Notes under the pieces: model-generated
Told to the model about the DNA's origin: nothing
The model's input: the letters and a program-made list of their open reading frames with translations, nothing else
Databases searched by the model: none
Program-made: the position numbers and the translations under genes
Part shown: positions 1 through 8,661 of the stretch, one piece after another
Numbering within the stretch: position 1 is the first letter of the stretch
Layout: each line of letters starts with the position of its first letter
Assembly: GCA_043228905.1 (NCBI GenBank)
Contig: JBHGNT010000874.1
Span: 1 to 14,351 of the forward strand
From: Azolla caroliniana
Taxonomy: Eukaryota > Plantae > Polypodiophyta
Reading direction: 5' to 3'
DNA length: 14,351 bases

Positions 1-333
1 AATGAACGCTTTATGTTAGGTTGTGATGCACTTACGTCCTATATAAACGTAGTTGTGATGTAAGACATCGATGAATGGGGTCAAGGCCCCGACCCATGTG
101 TTGTTGCCTCTCGAGTTCTCAGGAGAATATGTATCTGCTCTATTGGTGGAAGGTGAAGTAGATGCCAGTTCGTCTTTACTTTACGTGTGCTCGTATTGGT
201 CGAGACATACTTTGCATTAAGATGGAGGACAATGCACGACATGTTCAAAAAGTCGAGCACAACGTTGTCATCAAGTATGAGCACAGGGATGTGCAAGTTT
301 TACCTATACATGTGCATCTAGAATACATGCATC

Positions 334-480
334 CCTCGACACCAAGATGCTCAACATTCGATAAATGAACACAAAACAAAGAAAGAATGTGAGTGCGAAC
401 TTTCTCAGTTAGTTGGAATAGGGGAGAAGCTAAAGAAGAGGAGGTAGGAAACTTCCTCAACACCAAGATGCTCAACATTC
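334..480. repeat. 26-bp direct repeat CCTC(G/A)ACACCAAGATGCTCAACATTC (334-359, 455-480)
   Basis: Two copies with one mismatch, 121 bp apart; probably retroelement debris. Confidence 0.7.
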
Positions 481-821
481 AATATGGGAGGGAATGAGAG
501 CAACATGGTCACTACTACTGTACGAGTCCCTTGCAATCCAACGATCGTCAAGAACTTAGCGCAAGGATAAGAGGAAGCGATTTGGGGTTATGTAGGCATA
601 CGTACGGATAGGTGCACGTGGATTCGAGATGGAGTGAGTTGGGGAAGCATTGCCGAAGCAAGGCGACATTGAGCTTTGTAATGTGGATTATGTATGTATG
701 GAGCAAGGTGCACGAGAAGCAACTAAGCTTTCATGAAGGTTGTTATTATACATGGTATTGTTATTTGGTGTGGGAAGAGAAAAGGTTAACATACGTAACT
801 CTAGATCAGAGGGGGGAAGAT

Positions 822-832
822 ATCCCACATAC
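822..832 (+). promoter_or_regulatory. USE (upstream sequence element) of U2 snRNA gene
   Basis: ATCCCACATAC matches the plant USE consensus RTCCCACATCG at 9/11; lies at -65..-55 from the U2 5' end (887). Confidence 0.88.
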
Positions 833-853
833 AGACGCTTGCTCACTCCAGCC

Positions 854-861
854 TATAAGTA
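854..861 (+). promoter_or_regulatory. TATA box of U2 snRNA gene
   Basis: TATAAGTA starting 33 nt upstream of U2 +1. Confidence 0.8.
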
Positions 862-886
862 TGGAAGTAGAATGACAACCCAATTC

Positions 887-1090
887 ATACCTTTCTCGGC
901 CTTTTGGCTAAGATCAAGTGTAGTATCTGTTCTTATCAGTTTAATATCTGATACGTGGCCTATAAGGCCACATGATATTAACCTAATTTCTTTCATGGGG
1001 GCAGCACCCGTGCGAGGCAGCTTGCTGTCTCTGGGAGCTGCGTGCGTCGCCTTGGTATTGCACTGAATCCGAGGTCATACAGGCGCGCCC
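887..1090 (+). ncRNA. U2: U2 spliceosomal snRNA
   Basis: Starts ATACCTTTCTCGGCCTTTTGGCTAAGATCAAGTGTAGTATCTGTTCTTATCAGTTTAATATCTGATA (plant U2 5' end, branch-pairing GTAGTA). Stem IIb GTGGCC-tataa-GGCCAC; stem III GAGGCAG-cttg-CTGTCTC; stem IV GCCTTGG-tATTGCACtgaat-CCGAGGT. The 3' end is approximate. Confidence 0.97.
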
Positions 1091-1156
1091 CCCCACTACA
1101 ATCATGACCAAAATGTTCTTCCTGTAAGGATGAATGATAATTAAATGAATAATACC

Positions 1157-1265
1157 CTTCCGTAAGATAACCTAATTGAATCTTCTTAGTCGTTAGGGGT
1201 ACTCTCTCGGAATTCCTGATCTTCTGTAAGATAAGTTAATTGAACCTTCCTAGTCGTTTGGGGTA
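1157..1265. repeat. Degenerate ~45-bp direct repeat (period 64)
   Basis: CTTCCGTAAGATAACCTAATTGAATCTTCTTAGTCGTTAGGGGTA (1157-1201) vs CTTCTGTAAGATAAGTTAATTGAACCTTCCTAGTCGTTTGGGGTA (1221-1265). Confidence 0.75.
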
Positions 1266-2067
1266 TCGGATGATATGAATGTGGGCGGGATATATGTACC
1301 CGTGTGGAAGCCACTCATGGTGAAGTAAAATTACGGAGGTGCAGGATCCGAGCAGCAACCCGTTAATGATGGACATAGACATGAAATAAATACGGTGTTT
1401 TGCTGGGAAGGGCCCATAATAGATATATATACATAGATCTGACCAAGTCCGTCGCATTCACACGGCAAAGACAATGACAATGGGACGCTCTCTATTCTCT
1501 GATTGGGGCCACGAAGGCGGACCTGAACCTAAACAAGCAATGGGTAATAACCCAGTTTAGGCCTAGCTGGTAGATAACTTCCCGTTTGCCTACATTCTGT
1601 TTACACCTATTGGTTGGGGTATGTATACCCGTGATTTTCCGTACCCGTATCATGGTAAGAATTTGGCGGCAACTATCGCATGTCCAGGAGTGTATAGACA
1701 TACCATGTGATGCTTCCTACCCGACTGATCTATAGATATATTTATGCCTCCATATCCAATCCATGATTCTGTATGTTTGTTTCTATTATATATATATATA
1801 TTTGCCTCCAGTCTTTACTCCATGTCCCCCCCCCCCCATCGTTTGTTTATATCTTCTGTATATACATATCCATGACCACTCCACCCCATCTGTGCGCTAT
1901 TTAGACATCACATACATGTACTCCCTATACCCTGTCTTCTGTTATTTACATCACATACATCTGAAGTATATATACCCCATACGTCATCAACAAATATTAC
2001 GTAGTCCTGGTACACTCAATTTTCGTACACTCAGTGTTTAATTGATTCAGATTGGAGATTACTTGAG

Positions 2068-2232
2068 AAGGGGGCCGCGCGAACGCGAGCCCCCGCTGCC
2101 ACAAATTATGACGTGCACTCTCCCACATTGGGGAGATGCTAGGGCAAACAGCCCCTCCGGGAGTGCAATGGAGGCGCCGGCCCTAAGCCATCGGCCTTGT
2201 TGATCACCGATAGACCCCGCCCAGGTAAGTAT
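2068..2232 (-). ncRNA. U1: U1 spliceosomal snRNA
   Basis: Reverse strand reads ATACTTACCTGG (5' splice-site pairing), loop I GATCAACAAG, loop II CATTGCAC (U1A site), stem III TCTCCC-CAATGT-GGGAGA, Sm site AATTTGTGG, stem IV GGGGGCTCGCG-TTCG-CGCGGCCCCC. Length ~165 nt. Confidence 0.97.
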
Positions 2233-2256
2233 GTTCTGCTGTTGCTCAAACCACTT

Positions 2257-2264
2257 TATTTATA
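2257..2264 (-). promoter_or_regulatory. TATA box of U1 snRNA gene
   Basis: TATAAATA on the minus strand starting at -32. Confidence 0.88.
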
Positions 2265-2286
2265 GCTCCCTTCCTCCCCGTCCTCT

Positions 2287-2297
2287 CTATGTGGGAC
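2287..2297 (-). promoter_or_regulatory. USE of U1 snRNA gene
   Basis: GTCCCACATAG on the minus strand (10/11 to RTCCCACATCG) at -65..-55. Confidence 0.9.
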
Positions 2298-2603
2298 AAA
2301 CACAGACACACACACTCCACACTTTTCCATTTCTGCTCTTTTTTGTATCTATTTATTCGCCATGGCCCATTACGCACGCACTACCACTAGTCACCACCAC
2401 GAACCATCCCCTTGCACCATGATCCCATACCTCCTCTTCCGAAGAGTATTGCACCAAAGGGCAAGTAGAATTATAAGCAACAACAAAAATATTTTCGAGA
2501 TCTTAGTGGATAACCTTTGCTGAAATGTGCACACAAAGAGATAATTCATTGCTAATATATATTAAAAAGATCATGCATGTTTGGATCATGACTGTTAAAT
2601 GAT

Positions 2604-4214
2604 TTATAATGTATTGTTTTCATGTGGTGTCCACCAGTTGGGAGGAATTTGAAGGTCATCATGCAATAAGCTTGAGCTCTTATTGACCAGGGCAATGTTG
2701 CGATTGAGGAAGTCTACGTACAGTTGCAAAAGACGGTTGGAAAGGGAATCCTGATTCGTTAGATGCGCACCAACATGTTGGTAGTTAATAGTACTTGGAC
2801 CAACGAACGGTTTGTCTGTGCTATGATATCCATCCAAAAGATGTAAATAGACCTCAAGGTTGTGGGCATCACCAAGGGTCGCCGAGGGTTTCAAGAACGG
2901 GGAATGGTTGTTGTCCAAGTGGAGGGCAACACCCACATGGACATAGGAAGGGTGTGCCACGTGTAGCAGAATGTCAAGGGTCTCATACCACGATGGATCG
3001 CCCCCACCCACGTGCTCGTCATAGTCATCATCGGTAAGAGCTAAGAGGGTCCCAGGGACTTTCGGCACAACATCGCGGGTGTTAACCACACGTAACACAT
3101 TGACCTTGAGGTCATTGTGGAGCCGGCGCTTGAAGGCAACATTTCCCACGCGAGGTCCCGCGAACGAGATGACGGAGATGGGCACGTCGGCGGTGGAGTT
3201 GAGGCCCACATTGGTGGTGGAGTTGAGGCCGAGGGAGGCCATGTCGTAGGCAGACACTAAAGCCAAGGCACCACCCAGGCTGTGGCCGGTGATGGTGATG
3301 CTCAGCTCATGTAGAGGATCGGACCCGTAGATGGAAATGAGGCGCCGGATCTCATCGGTTACTTGCACCCGTGCACTGTGTTCACCCGAGGCATAGAGGG
3401 TCCAGAAGCCACGCTCTATGCCCACATGATCCGCCACATAATTGGGGTGAAAGTTGCTGCCTACCATTGTAACTCCATTTTGCTGGGGCTGGACGAGAGC
3501 TCCATCCATATCTGCCAACCACTCTTCTTTAGTCACAGTGCCGCGCCAAACCACCACAACATCCCGCCGGCCGATCCGGCGAATCTCTTCCTCATCCTCC
3601 ATCACCGCGATAAACCCTACCCATGCAACCCCCTGCTCGCATTCCTGAACAACCTCCTCCTGCGGCCGCCATTTCTGGAGCCACTCCGGAACCAGATGCA
3701 CCTCCGGCATTTCGTAGATGTATTTCGTCACTTTGTACCCCCGAGCGAGGAGCTTGGGATTTAATTTCAGAAGGTCGGCCTCCCCATAGATACAACGCTT
3801 CGTCTCCGCATTGAACGCGTCATATGTGAGCTGAGCCAGGTCTCCGTACTTGATGATCTCCTCCCGCAATGCGGGGTCCAAAGGTTCAAGCAAACCCCTC
3901 CACTCATCACAACCGTGATACTCACGCCATCGATCCCCAATAATAATCGATTGGCGGCTGGGCTTACTGGCATCACCGGCCACACTAATCTCACTAGATC
4001 TCAAATTGGATGATGATACCTCACTAGGTTGTGCCTGGGCCTGGGTTCGGATCGTGGAGGATAAATGGGTAGAAATGGAATGATTAGAAGATGGGCGTAT
4101 TAACTGCTGCTGGAAACTCTTAGTGAATTGATTTGCAGGTAGTAAAACATTGGCACAGCCGGGGTTAATATGTTTAATGTGACCTCCAGAATAAAGGATC
4201 GCACCCATGCTCAT
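2604..4214 (-). CDS. Phospholipase A1, DAD1-like (Lipase_3 family), intronless, ~536 aa, probable plastid transit peptide
   Basis: Motifs WREYHG..W.GLLEPLD..LR.EIIKYGDLAQ..YDAF, GRRDVVVVWRGT, lipase box ITGHSLGGALA, SFAGPRVGN, RVVN..DVVPKVP (catalytic Asp), HNLEVYLH (catalytic His), R.IALVNK. The N-terminus is Ser/Gln-rich. The start is placed at Met71 (4214) or Met73 (4208) of the 606-aa ORF because the upstream extension runs through a TA microsatellite. Confidence 0.92.
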   Translation of the reverse strand: MSMGAILYSGGHIKHINPGCANVLLPANQFTKSFQQQLIRPSSNHSISTHLSSTIRTQAQAQPSEVSSSNLRSSEISVAGDASKPSRQSIIIGDRWREYHGCDEWRGLLEPLDPALREEIIKYGDLAQLTYDAFNAETKRCIYGEADLLKLNPKLLARGYKVTKYIYEMPEVHLVPEWLQKWRPQEEVVQECEQGVAWVGFIAVMEDEEEIRRIGRRDVVVVWRGTVTKEEWLADMDGALVQPQQNGVTMVGSNFHPNYVADHVGIERGFWTLYASGEHSARVQVTDEIRRLISIYGSDPLHELSITITGHSLGGALALVSAYDMASLGLNSTTNVGLNSTADVPISVISFAGPRVGNVAFKRRLHNDLKVNVLRVVNTRDVVPKVPGTLLALTDDDYDEHVGGGDPSWYETLDILLHVAHPSYVHVGVALHLDNNHSPFLKPSATLGDAHNLEVYLHLLDGYHSTDKPFVGPSTINYQHVGAHLTNQDSLSNRLLQLYVDFLNRNIALVNKSSSLLHDDLQIPPNWWTPHENNTL

Positions 4215-4669
4215 GATCAAGTGTAAAGTGTAGGTAGGAGAGTGGCTTTCATACATACATACAGATATCCATCCATATATATATATATACATATACATAT
4301 ATGTATATAAAGGGTGTGTGTGGTTGACATGGTCAGCAGAAAACCAATGTTCCATAAACATGATGGGCATGTTGCATTCACGTGCACAAACGGACGAGGT
4401 ATTATTCCACATGTTTTTATTCATTTCTAACCTTTCCGCAGACTTTTCTTTACGACGGAGTACACTAAAAGTGTGGTAGAAGATGCTTTTAGCCCTACTT
4501 TCTACTTTTGCCCGTACAATTATTTCCGCCCCTTCTTTTTCTCTTTACTTTTAAAGACTTAGCACGGTACGTCTCTCTAATTGTAGCTTTGCTCTACGTC
4601 TTCTACTCTCTTGACAACGATTGTCTACGGTGTGCACCCACATGGGTATTTGTACATATATAGTATATA

Positions 4670-4851
4670 TAGTAGACATTCGGTTAAGTGCAAGTGCACC
4701 ATTCTATTAAGTGCGCTTTTTATAGAGGTCAAAATCTAGATAAAAAAATTTACATTGTTTCACGATGAAATTACATTAAACCAAGTTAAAACTATGTTCC
4801 AAACATTTAGAAAACAACAAAAGGAGCTTCTATGGGTATTTCTATGTGTAT

Positions 4852-4895
<44 letters not shown>

Positions 4896-5026
4896 ACGAT
4901 TACAAGGGCATCCCACAAGTTTAGTCACACAGGATATGCATGAATTGGGACCAAAATGTGCTATGGTAATGAGAGGAGTTTTTATGGGTATAACAAAAGG
5001 AGCTTCTATGGGTATTTCTATGTGTA

Positions 5027-5061
<35 letters not shown>

Positions 5062-5194
5062 ACGATTACAAGGGCATCCCACAAGTTTAGTCACACAGGA
5101 TATGCATGAATTGGGACCAAAATGTGCTATGGTAATGAGAGGAGTTTTTATGGGTATAACAAAAGGAGCTTCTATGGGTATTTCTATGTGTATG

Positions 5195-5253
<59 letters not shown>

Positions 5254-6126
5254 GATTACAAGGGCATCCCACAAGTTTAGTCACACAGGATATGCATGAA
5301 TTGGGACCAAAATGTGCTATGGTAATGAGAGTGAGTCCAAAATGTGCTATGGTAATGAGAGGAGTTTTTGTGGGTATGTTTATGTGTGTGTCATGTGTTC
5401 TACATGTGTGTGTGTGTGTGTGTGTGTTTACGATTACACATCTGTGATTATGATTCTTGATTAAAGAACATAATCAAAGAAGGGCTAACAATTCTTGATG
5501 ATCGTGAATAGTCAAATTTTGCAGCAATTAGTAGTGAATGCGAGCTCTCCTTCTCCATGTGCAACATATCCATCTTTTCTCCTTCTCTTTCTGTGTGTGC
5601 CAGGTGCCTGTGTCGCATGTGTGTGTGCTCTTTTCCTGCATGAAGAAAGCCTCTCTCCCTCCCTCTCTCTTTCTGTGCATCTTGTTTATTCTCAAAGATG
5701 ACAGAAGTTGCAACCAATGATTTGTCTATTGCTCCCCCTCTCTCTTTTCCCGTCTCCTCCACCTGTACTTTGATTCCTCAAACCTACCACCACTAGGAAG
5801 AAAACACAAGAAAAAATCCCATCGCATCCAAGGAAGTTCATTAGGGTTGTTGCATAATGGATGTATTTCTCAGATGTAGCAATAAGGCGAATACTGAAAG
5901 TAATCTAGAATCGAGAAAGAAATTGAAGAGTATGTATGGTGAAACTAGAAACGTTTTAGGTCAATTTATCATGTAAATTGATCACTTTTCTTATCAAGAA
6001 TTGTATGATTAGCACACAGAAGGAAAATATTTCAGAAACCCCTAAAAATTTCCAAAAGTGCACAACTCGGTTAAGTGTGCACTTCTTCCTTGCCTTCAAA
6101 GTGCACAGTTAACCAAATGTCTACTG
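4670..6126. mobile_element. Non-autonomous DNA transposon with ~21-bp TIRs and TA target duplication (Tc1/mariner-pogo-like)
   Basis: Left end TA|TAGTAGACATTCGGTTAAGTG (4670-4690). Right end reverse-complement CAGTAGACATTTGGTTAACTG (6126-6106), followed by TA (6127-6128). 18/21 identity. Subterminal CGGTTAAGTG and GTGCAC motifs near both ends. No transposase recognised. Confidence 0.75.
4816..5440. repeat. Tandem minisatellite, ~3.5 units of ~165-190 bp, each containing a variable (TG)n tract
   Basis: Units start AACAAAAGGAGCTTCTATGGG at 4816, 4992 and 5158. The non-TG parts are near-identical. A degenerate partial fourth unit ends at TTTACGATTACA. Confidence 0.93.
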
Positions 6127-6422
6127 TATGTATAGATATATATTTGCATGTATGCCAAGGTATGCTTGTGAATGTGTGTTGGTTTTGCATGTGTAACTTT
6201 ATTTATACATGCATGTATGTCACTCAAGGTACACATGTTTATCAATGTAAGTGTCTTTGTTTCTTGTATGGGGGTTTTGAATGTGTCTGGGTAATGTACA
6301 TTATGAGCTCGTGACCAATATAGCTTTCTTTTCTTGTTAATGTACATAGTTGGTCATGATTTTTGTTAACAATCAACAAAGTCCTAAGCCTACATATGTT
6401 TTGTATTCTACTAAGTATAAAT

Positions 6423-6684
6423 TGTTATAGAATAGACTATTAAGCAAGATCAAATAGCGATTAGATATTAATCTAGATCACTAATCACATATCAATATAA
6501 TCCCTAGATAGAGCTCATGGGCTATGACCTTCTATATATAATGCCAAAAAGATTCAGATACATGAGTTTATGACCCACAGATGATGGGATACATGCATAC
6601 TATTTACATCATGAAGTCTTGTTAACTAAAGCTTAAGACTGAGATAGATATAACATGACTCATTACATGCATGAGTTCATAACA
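6423..6684 (-). mobile_element. 3' LTR of Bianca-like Ty1/copia element
   Basis: On the minus strand begins TGTTAT right after the PPT and ends ATAACA (perfect 6-bp inverted termini); internal TATATATA at ~6533-6540. Confidence 0.75.
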
Positions 6685-6701
6685 CTCCCCCTCATCTCAT
6701 C
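6685..6701 (-). other. Polypurine tract of Copia element
   Basis: Minus strand GATGAGATGAGGGGGAG directly followed by TGTT. Confidence 0.8.
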
Positions 6702-6710
6702 ATCATTGTT

Positions 6711-7580
6711 TTAGCTCATCATCTCTGATAATCTTCTAAGTCCAAGAGAATGAATGTTCATCCAATGTTTTGATGCATATAAGCTTTTGGTAAAAATATC
6801 AGCCAAGTTATTGATTGATGTAATAGGTTGAATGTTGATATAATTATCATTGAGCTCACGAGTAAAGAAAAACTTGGGAGAAATATGTTCGATTCGATCA
6901 CCTTTAATGAAGCCTTTCTTGAACTTATTAACGCAAGCATAATTATCTTCATACATAACTGTTGGTAATGAGGGCCCGATAAAAGCGCAAGAACTTTCAA
7001 TATGCTCGAGTAAGCGTTGTAACCATATGCATTCTCAACTTGCTTCATGTAATGTCAATATCTCAATATGATTTGAAGATGTTGCAACTAATGTTTGTTT
7101 TGTTGATCGCCAAGAGATCGATGTGCCACCAAGAAGGAAAACATAACCTATTTGTCATATGCCAACATGAGGGTCATATAAGAACCCAACGTCAGAGTAA
7201 CTAGTCAATTGACCATGCATAGAACCGTTGGTAAAGAAAAGACCCATATTTTTAGTGCCTCGTAAATATCAAAAAATCTCCTTAATTCCAGTCCAATGTT
7301 GCATGGTAGGATCATGACTATATCGAGCCAACAATTTGACAACGTAAGTGCACCAAGTACAATTAGCCAAGTACATAAGTGCACCAACAGTAGCCATGTA
7401 AGGATATTGTGGTCCCAATGTTGACTCGTTAGAATATCTTGGCCGAAATGGGTTACGAGAAGGATCCAGAGAGTGCACTACGATAGGAGTTCTAATAGAA
7501 TGAGCTTGATACATGGAAAACCATTTTAATATTTTATGGATATAAGATCTCTGATGAAGAAGAATTTCATTAGATAGGTG
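6711..7580 (-). pseudogene. Degenerate Ty1/copia pol: RT C-terminus + RNase H (Bianca-like)
   Basis: HLSNEILLHQRSYIHKILKWFSMYQAHSIRTPIVVHSLDPSRNPFRP..LGPQYPYMATVGALMYLAN; YSDVGFLYDPH..GYVFLLGGTSISWRSTKQTLVATSSNH; YEDNYAC..KGFIKGDRIEHISPKFFF..NLADIFTKSL. Contains stops and frameshifts and is truncated at ~7580 by an insertion. Confidence 0.9.
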
Positions 7581-8051
7581 TTATGTACACATAACGTTGG
7601 TGAGGGTAGGTCACTAATATTTATATTAGTGAAGGGTATGTTCACTAATGTTAAAAAGGGGACTAATGATTGGATAGAAGGAATGATAGGTGCATGCACT
7701 ATCATGATTTGGACAACCAATGAATGGAGAGCCTTTTAGAAAGGCACATCTATTCAAGGGGCCTAGGAAAAGGTATAAATATGAGGCTTAGCTACCCCCA
7801 TAAGGACATTACGTCGAAAGGTTGCTGTCTTAGACACCGATGGTGTGGGCTAGGCTTTTGTCTCGACGATCGTGTTTATCTCTTCCAAGGTATTAGTCAT
7901 CCTAATATCCGGCGGTATGGGACGTCGGTGGTAGGTTGGCTATGTCTGGATCATACCTCGGGGGTGGTCGGGTGGAATGGGTTCTTCTATCCAATCTATT
8001 TTCCTTCTTTTACTTTAATTTGGTCTATTGATTAGTAATAGACTCTTAACA
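7579..8051 (+). mobile_element. 5' LTR of a second LTR retrotransposon inserted into the Copia RT
   Basis: TGTTA...TAACA termini. Starts where Copia RT homology ends, has TATAAATA at ~7774, and is followed by a PBS. An alternative start at TGTTAA (7649) cannot be fully excluded. Confidence 0.75.
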
Positions 8052-8052
8052 G

Positions 8053-8063
8053 TGGTATCAGAG
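8053..8063 (+). other. Primer binding site (tRNA-iMet)
   Basis: TGGTATCAGAG one nt after the LTR-terminal CA. Confidence 0.88.
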
Positions 8064-8274
8064 TTTTTACTAACAATTTTTTTTTGTTGTTTTGATATTT
8101 TTTGCGTGTGAGCGATGGGGATCTAACAAGGCTCGCCATGCTCTTCTCAGGATCAAAACAACACTCTAAACCCGGTATTCTTCTTTCTCGATTTCTCTTC
8201 TTTCTATGATGCGTTCTTGTTGGTCGAATGAAATTTGAATTACGTTTTCTTTTCTTTTCTTTCTTCTTTCTACC

Positions 8275-8661
8275 ACGATACGATTTTAATCATTATTGTG
8301 CATCGGGCCGAGCATGTTTGCACTAATCGCACACGCTGAACTCGTGGCCCTTTTGTATATTGCGATGTATCTCCTATGCTCCGCTCTCTTGAGCCATCTC
8401 TTACGATAATAATTATTCTTGTGCATCGGGTCGAGTGTGTTTGCCCTAATCGCACATGCTCACCTCATGGCCCTTTTGCATATGATGTTGACTATGCCAC
8501 TATTCCCTTTATTGAGCCATCACTTGGCTGATTCTATGGGATGTTGTGGTCTTGATGAGGTATATGTCGCTTACCTATGTCACTTTACTCTTTATTGAGC
8601 CATCAATTGGCCGATTCTAGGGAGATGTGGTGGTCTTGAGGAGTTGCATGTCGACTACCTT
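8275..8661. repeat. Two pairs of degenerate direct repeats in retroelement leader
   Basis: TTGTGCATCGGG(C/T)CGAG...TAATCGCACA...TGGCCCTTTTG twice (~8296-8360, ~8419-8483). TTTATTGAGCCATCA...GATTCTA...TGGTCTTGA...ATGTCG twice (8508-8578, 8591-8661). Confidence 0.7.

Noticed and set aside
1-216. Possible LTR 3' half (TATATAAA at ~40, ending TTTGCA)
   Set aside because: No partner LTR, PBS or PPT in the window to confirm it.
740-1066. 108-aa ORF
   Set aside because: It overlaps the U2 snRNA gene and its promoter; spurious.
1279-1288. USE-like GCCCACATT on the minus strand
   Set aside because: No TATA at the expected distance and no recognisable RNA gene downstream.
2121-2130. USE-like TCCCACATTG on the plus strand
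   Set aside because: It is the complement of U1 stem-loop III and has no TATA downstream.
2795-3994. Small ORFs overlapping the lipase
   Set aside because: Antisense or alternate-frame shadows of a GC-rich CDS.
4215-4424. 70-aa N-terminal extension of the 606-aa lipase ORF
   Set aside because: It runs through a TA microsatellite/TATA-like region (YTYMYMYIYIY) and is most likely promoter or 5' UTR.
4755-5447. CV/HT-rich ORFs, and resemblance of the array to CRISPR
   Set aside because: The ORFs are translations of (TG)n. The spacers are identical rather than unique, and the context is eukaryotic with no cas genes.
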